From: Geopsychrobacteraceae bacterium
Lineage (GTDB): Bacteria > Desulfobacterota > Desulfuromonadia > Desulfuromonadales > Geopsychrobacteraceae
Reading direction: 5' to 3'
DNA length: 64,000 nt
NCBI GenBank assembly: GCA_963676795.2
Contig: CAXXTB010000002.1
Span: 576,001 to 640,000, forward strand
Position numbers and translations under genes: made by a program. The notes beneath the pieces were generated by a model. That model saw only the letters and a program-made list of their open reading frames with translations. It was not told where the DNA came from and searched no databases. Shown here piece by piece: positions 59,460 through 64,000 of this stretch (positions are counted from its first letter, which is position 1; each line of letters starts with the position of its first letter).

Positions 59460-60578
59460 TTACTTGTTTGCAACGTGAGAGATTGTTGCGCTAGCCAGCC
59501 CTGGCTTTGACTCGCAGAGGGATTGTTCTGTCAATTCCCCCTCATGTTTTTTCAGCAACAGCCCTGCAAACAGATCCTTGTATTGCTTGACGATGACATC
59601 CATCGAGAATTTTTCACTGAATGTTTCATGGCCTTTTGTGATGAGTCGGCTTTGCAATTCGGAATCACGCAGCAGCCGATTGACCTGGGACGCACATTGT
59701 TCGACGTCATCAACTTCAAATAGAAGACCGTTTTCGCCATTCTGAATGAGCCAGGCCGGCCCCTGGCTGGCTGCGGCAACGACCGGAGTTTTGCTGGCCC
59801 ATGCCTCGAGAATGACATTTCCGAGCGGTTCAAACCGCGAAGGGAAAACGCAGATGTCGGCCCGAGCGAAGAGTCCCCGAATGTCCTTTCTCAAGCCGAG
59901 AAAGTGAACCCGATCCGCAACTCCCGATTCGGCGGCAAGCGTTTTTAGAGTGTCGGCCAGGTCTCCGCTTCCGGCAATGAGTAGGCTCGTTCCGGGAATC
60001 TTTGCGAGGGCTCGAATGAGGACATCCTGGGCTTTTTTTTGATGTAGACGTCCCAGGGTTAAAAGAACCTTGTGGTCCTGAGGGATATCAGGCAAGGGCT
60101 CTGGATTTTCAAATGCTGCCGGAAGTTCGCCGAAATTGGAAATCATACTGACGTCGGTTTTAGGCCAACCGTTTTCTGTAACATGCCTGACCAGATCGGG
60201 GGCGTTGACAATAAGATGGTGGCATTTCCGATAATTGTCGACATCATAATACCCACCGAGACGGCCAACCACGACAGCAACTGTTCTCGGACACTTTCGG
60301 GAGGCCCTGTTGACCCAGGTGACAATCAGATCCGGTTGGTACTTTTTGACCGCTCTTTTTAACTGCCAGTTATAGAGAAAAGTTTTGCCGAATTTATCCA
60401 TCGGCAGGGTCCTGAAATCGACTCCCGCGCTGGTCAGACGGCGTTCGCGGGACGGCAGCGCTTCAATGACAAGCCGCTGTTCAAGCGCCGCATCGGCAGC
60501 AAATGCCGCCGCGACCTTTTCAAAATAGGTTTCAGCACCAGCCTCAGACTGAGATAGCAATATCTGCATTATTCGCAT
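59460..60578 (-). CDS. GT4-family glycosyltransferase (LPS-core LpsD/E-like)
   Basis: GAETYF, RLGGYY, LGRLHQKK, PSRFEPLGNVILEAW. Confidence 0.9.
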   Translation of the reverse strand: MRIMQILLSQSEAGAETYFEKVAAAFAADAALEQRLVIEALPSRERRLTSAGVDFRTLPMDKFGKTFLYNWQLKRAVKKYQPDLIVTWVNRASRKCPRTVAVVVGRLGGYYDVDNYRKCHHLIVNAPDLVRHVTENGWPKTDVSMISNFGELPAAFENPEPLPDIPQDHKVLLTLGRLHQKKAQDVLIRALAKIPGTSLLIAGSGDLADTLKTLAAESGVADRVHFLGLRKDIRGLFARADICVFPSRFEPLGNVILEAWASKTPVVAAASQGPAWLIQNGENGLLFEVDDVEQCASQVNRLLRDSELQSRLITKGHETFSEKFSMDVIVKQYKDLFAGLLLKKHEGELTEQSLCESKPGLASATISHVANK

Positions 60579-60674
60579 AGAATCTACTCATTTCCGTTAA
60601 GAGTCGTGGTTATGGTGAACTGCTATGGTCAATGATCTCGTAGCTGTTTTACCTTTTCCATATAGATGATCTTT

Positions 60675-60691
60675 CTTAAATCAGTCTTAAA
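60675..60691 (-). promoter_or_regulatory. PmrA-type box upstream of the glycosyltransferase
   Basis: Minus strand TTTAAG-ACTGA-TTTAAG = YTTAAK-N5-YTTAAK. Confidence 0.7.
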
Positions 60692-60926
60692 TGAACCTCA
60701 TCAATATGATTTGTGCTTTATTTGAGGCATATTAGAGACTGGTCAGGATTCAAATGTTCGCTGCTGCTGAGGGTAGTTTCCTGATGATCCTAAACTTTAG
60801 CAGCCTTGTCGGGAATTTCCATGGATCGGAGGGGTTTTAGTGTTTTTGTCGATATGATAAGCGGATCTATTTTGACATTCAGGATAGACGCTTCAGTCAA
60901 TATCTTATCGGACTTATCGCCGCTTT

Positions 60927-60943
60927 CTTAAGATTCCCGTAAG
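60927..60943 (+). promoter_or_regulatory. Second PmrA-type box upstream of the response regulator
   Basis: CTTAAG-ATTCC-CGTAAG, one mismatch. Confidence 0.6.
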
Positions 60944-61070
60944 GGGGGCTGGCTATCCTTTGTTTGACTGATCGACTGTAGGTTTTCGGCATCCTTTTTG
61001 ACGGAAGTTTCGCTATGGTGATTCATCAAAGCAGGATGATAAGCTTTGTCCAGTTGAGGCATTCAATACT

Positions 61071-61733
61071 ATGAGAATTCTGCTGGTGGAAGACGATGAG
61101 CTGATTGGATCGGCAATTGTCAAATATCTTAAGAACGAGGGACAGGCGGTTGACTGGGTGCACTGCGTGGCTGAAACCAGGCTTGCCCTTGACTCAGGTG
61201 CTTATGAAGTCATTCTGCTTGATCTCGGTCTGCCGGATGGTACGGGGCTGGAGATATTGACCTCGTTGCGCAGTGGAGGAGAGGAAGCATCGGTCATCAT
61301 TCTGACTGCCCGCGATGCGATTGCAGACCGAATCGCCGGTCTTGACAGAGGTGCTGACGATTACATGATCAAGCCCTTCGATCTTGAAGAGTTGATTGCC
61401 CGAATTCGTGCCGTACAAAGACGCCGCTATGGCCAGGCAAACACGCTGCTGACGCATGGTCAACTGGTTCTGAACCCCAGTAGCCATGAATGTCTGTGGT
61501 ACGGTGAGAATGTTCTGCTTTCAAACCGCGAGTTCAGCCTGTTACAGCGGCTGATGGAGCATCCGAACGCGGTCTTCTCACGCAGTCAACTGGAAGACGG
61601 TCTCTATGGGTGGGGGGACGAAATTGAAAGCAACACGGTCGAGGTCCATATCCACAACCTGCGCAAAAAAATAGCGCGTAACCTGATAAAGACAATTCGT
61701 GGTGTTGGCTATATCCTGGGGCAGACAGATTGA
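61071..61733 (+). CDS. QseB/PmrA-like response regulator
   Basis: MRILLVEDD, LLDLGLP, ESNTVEVHIHNLRKK, IRGVGY. Confidence 0.93.
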   Translation: MRILLVEDDELIGSAIVKYLKNEGQAVDWVHCVAETRLALDSGAYEVILLDLGLPDGTGLEILTSLRSGGEEASVIILTARDAIADRIAGLDRGADDYMIKPFDLEELIARIRAVQRRRYGQANTLLTHGQLVLNPSSHECLWYGENVLLSNREFSLLQRLMEHPNAVFSRSQLEDGLYGWGDEIESNTVEVHIHNLRKKIARNLIKTIRGVGYILGQTD

Positions 61734-63082
61734 CTTCCATTCGTAATAAACTTCTTTTCTGGCTGATTATCGGCCAGCTTTTTTCGATTGCGTTGACAGG
61801 TGCCATCACCTTTTCTTATGTGAGAAGCGAGCTGGAAGGCATATTTGATGACCGCCTGAGGCAGCTGGCTTACAGCGTTCCCTTGAACGCTGGTTCTGTC
61901 CCTGCACCTCCACCAGACCTGAACAATGTATTTGAGGATGACGACGATTTTATCATTCAGGTCTGGAACCGTAATGATGAACATCTCATGCTGATCAATA
62001 TCGAAGAGGGGGATCCCGGTCGAACTGACGCTGGTTACAGCACACATGTCAGCGATAATATGGCGTGGCGCAGTTTCGGTCTGCAGCGTGACGGAGTTTT
62101 CGTTCAGGTCAGTCAGCCTTTGGCAGAACGCTTGGAGATGAGTCTGAATATCTCCCTGCTTGCGACCGCCCCGATCATCATTCTGATTGTCCTTCTGGGC
62201 GGGCTGGCATGGGTTACTGTCCGCAAGAGCCTGGCTCCTTTGAACAGCATTGCTAATTCACTGAAAAAGCAGAGCCCTTATTCATTGACGCCGGTCGCAT
62301 TGACTGCGCTCCCTGATGAGATTCTGCCTCTGGCAAAGGCATTGAACAGTCTGCTGGTGCAGTTGGAGCGAGCCCTGTCTGTACAGCGAAAATTTACTGC
62401 GGATGCCGCTCACGAACTCCGCACCCCGTTGACGGCGATCGATCTTCAGACTCAGTTGTTGGAGAGATGTCATGATGATCAGGAGCGGCGGGAACTGTTT
62501 ACGCAATTGCGCTCGGGAATATCCAGGTCAAGCCATCTGGTCGAGCAGCTTCTGACCCTGGCCAGAATGGAGCCGGATAAATGGGAGCGTCCCTTTGTCA
62601 GGATCAATATGAGTGAATTGCTCAGACAGTCTGTTGCGGATCTGACTTCAGCGGCACTTCACCGGCAGATAGATCTGGGGATCAATCGTTCAGAACCGGT
62701 CCAGATTTTCGGAGACAGTGAAAGTTTGCGCATTCTGCTGAACAACCTGATCGACAACGCCATTCGTTATTCCTATCAAAACGGGCGGATCGACGTTGAA
62801 TTGTACCGTTTCGAACAGCTGTGCCGGGTTGTCGTCAAAGACAACGGGCCGGGTATACCGGTAAGTGAACGGCAGAGAGTCTTTGATCGTTTCTACCGGC
62901 ACGCCGGACAAAATGGCAATGGTAGCGGGCTTGGTCTGGCGATTGTCCGCGAAATTGTCCGACAGCATCATGGTCAGGTTCAGCTGGAGGATGGCGATGA
63001 CCATCACGGACTGAAGGTTGTCGTGTCTCTGCCCGTTTCGGATCCGGATTCTGATGGCGTACAGAACCGGCCTGTTAAATAA
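61730..63082 (+). CDS. QseC/PmrB-like sensor kinase
   Basis: IFDDRL, two TMs, FTADAAHELRTPL, GSGLGLAIV. Confidence 0.93.
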   Translation: MTSIRNKLLFWLIIGQLFSIALTGAITFSYVRSELEGIFDDRLRQLAYSVPLNAGSVPAPPPDLNNVFEDDDDFIIQVWNRNDEHLMLINIEEGDPGRTDAGYSTHVSDNMAWRSFGLQRDGVFVQVSQPLAERLEMSLNISLLATAPIIILIVLLGGLAWVTVRKSLAPLNSIANSLKKQSPYSLTPVALTALPDEILPLAKALNSLLVQLERALSVQRKFTADAAHELRTPLTAIDLQTQLLERCHDDQERRELFTQLRSGISRSSHLVEQLLTLARMEPDKWERPFVRINMSELLRQSVADLTSAALHRQIDLGINRSEPVQIFGDSESLRILLNNLIDNAIRYSYQNGRIDVELYRFEQLCRVVVKDNGPGIPVSERQRVFDRFYRHAGQNGNGSGLGLAIVREIVRQHHGQVQLEDGDDHHGLKVVVSLPVSDPDSDGVQNRPVK

Positions 63083-63098
63083 ACGGGGTACAAATAAT

Positions 63099-63134
63099 CA
63101 GACCGGCCAGATTTTTTCTCGCCGGTCTGTTTTT
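63099..63134 (+). terminator. Terminator after the kinase
   Basis: CAGACCGGC-loop-GCCGGTCTG followed by T5. Confidence 0.7.
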
Positions 63135-63145
63135 CATGTTGTTTG

Positions 63146-63172
63146 AAAAAGGCCGGGGTTCAACCCGGCTTT
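63146..63172 (-). terminator. Terminator after the aminopeptidase
   Basis: AAAAAGGCCGGG-GTTCA-ACCCGGCTTT. Confidence 0.6.
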
Positions 63173-63185
63173 GACTTCACTCTGA

Positions 63186-64000
63186 TTAAAGATATTCGTA
63201 GAAAGCCTTGTAGGCTTTATAGGTATGGTAGAGATCTCCCTTGGACGCGATTTCAAAGGGGGCGTGCATCGACAGCAGGGCCGGGCCGCAGTCGATGACG
63301 TCCATGCCGAAGTAGGCCAGATACATGGCGATGGTTCCGCCTCCGCCCTGATCGACCTTGCCCAGTTCGGCGTTCTGATAGAGGACACCGCCTTTCGCAA
63401 ACGCCCCTCGGACGGCTGCGGTAAATTCGGCGTGGGCTTCATTGGAGCCCGATTTGCCACGTGCCCCGGTGAACTTGGTCAGACAGACGCCGTAGCCGAT
63501 CTTGCCGGCATTGAGCTTGTCGTTGACGCTGGCCCATTCCGGGTCAATACCGGCGTTGACATCGGCGGAAAGAAATTTCGACGCTGCGAGCGCCGCAAGG
63601 ACACTCTGGTAATCTCCTTTGCCGGCATGTTGCATGATGGCGCTGACCGCACGTTCGATGAGGTTCGAGTCGGCGCCTGCATTGCCGACAGAGCCGATCT
63701 CTTCCTTGTCGAAGAACACCGCCAGGCGGTTGGCTTTGGATTTATCGGCAGTGAGAATCGCTTTGAGAGCCGTATAGGAACAGATCCGGTCGTCCTGCCC
63801 GTAGCCGCCGACAAAGCTGCGATCGAGCCCCACGTCCCGTGATTTTCCGGCCGGAACCATCTGCAGTTCGGCTGAGATGAAATCCCCTTCGGTAATGCCG
63901 TAGCTGTCGTACAACAGCTTCATGACCGCCAGTTTCACATGGTCCTTGTCGTCGTTGTAATCGTAGGGGACGGAGCCGGTCAGGATGTTGAGCTGTTCCC
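63186..64000 (-). CDS. M18-family aminopeptidase, 5'-truncated by the window
   Basis: YGQDDRIC, DKEEIGS, SADV, VDQGGGGTIA, SMHAPFE; frame open to the window edge. Confidence 0.9.
   Translation of the reverse strand, partial: EQLNILTGSVPYDYNDDKDHVKLAVMKLLYDSYGITEGDFISAELQMVPAGKSRDVGLDRSFVGGYGQDDRICSYTALKAILTADKSKANRLAVFFDKEEIGSVGNAGADSNLIERAVSAIMQHAGKGDYQSVLAALAASKFLSADVNAGIDPEWASVNDKLNAGKIGYGVCLTKFTGARGKSGSNEAHAEFTAAVRGAFAKGGVLYQNAELGKVDQGGGGTIAMYLAYFGMDVIDCGPALLSMHAPFEIASKGDLYHTYKAYKAFYEYL

Overview
Chromosomal window of a GC-rich bacterium. Gene content (CheV, many PAS/hybrid kinases, a sensor ending in LP-x-C-xx-CKK...SHGICPDC, a sigma54 activator) suggests an anaerobic deltaproteobacterium, probably Desulfuromonadales; this is an inference. 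About 50 CDS are supported; no rRNA, tRNA, CRISPR array or transposase was seen. Housekeeping genes: asnS, tpx, trpEG, purT, rsgA, sodA, lplA. Most notable: (1) a MauE/DoxX - rhodanese - rhodanese - CCG Fe-S - [radical SAM + Cys-less SPASM-like + ArsM-like methyltransferase + DUF5714-like] cluster, a candidate undescribed metalloid/sulfur pathway; (2) a TonB-dependent receptor - YfiR - hybrid kinase - TonB-dependent receptor operon, a candidate trans-envelope signalling system; (3) an intergenic DnaA-box cluster built from two 42-bp modules with no dnaA nearby; (4) a two-component system followed by a Met-rich periplasmic protein and two exported MsrAB paralogs; (5) a trpR-trpE-trpG operon with an enteric-like TrpR operator over an apparently leaderless start; (6) a sigma54 proline-utilisation locus with promoter and enhancer; (7) PmrA-type boxes between a glycosyltransferase and a QseBC/PmrAB-like pair. 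All calls come from reading motifs by eye; no database searches were run.
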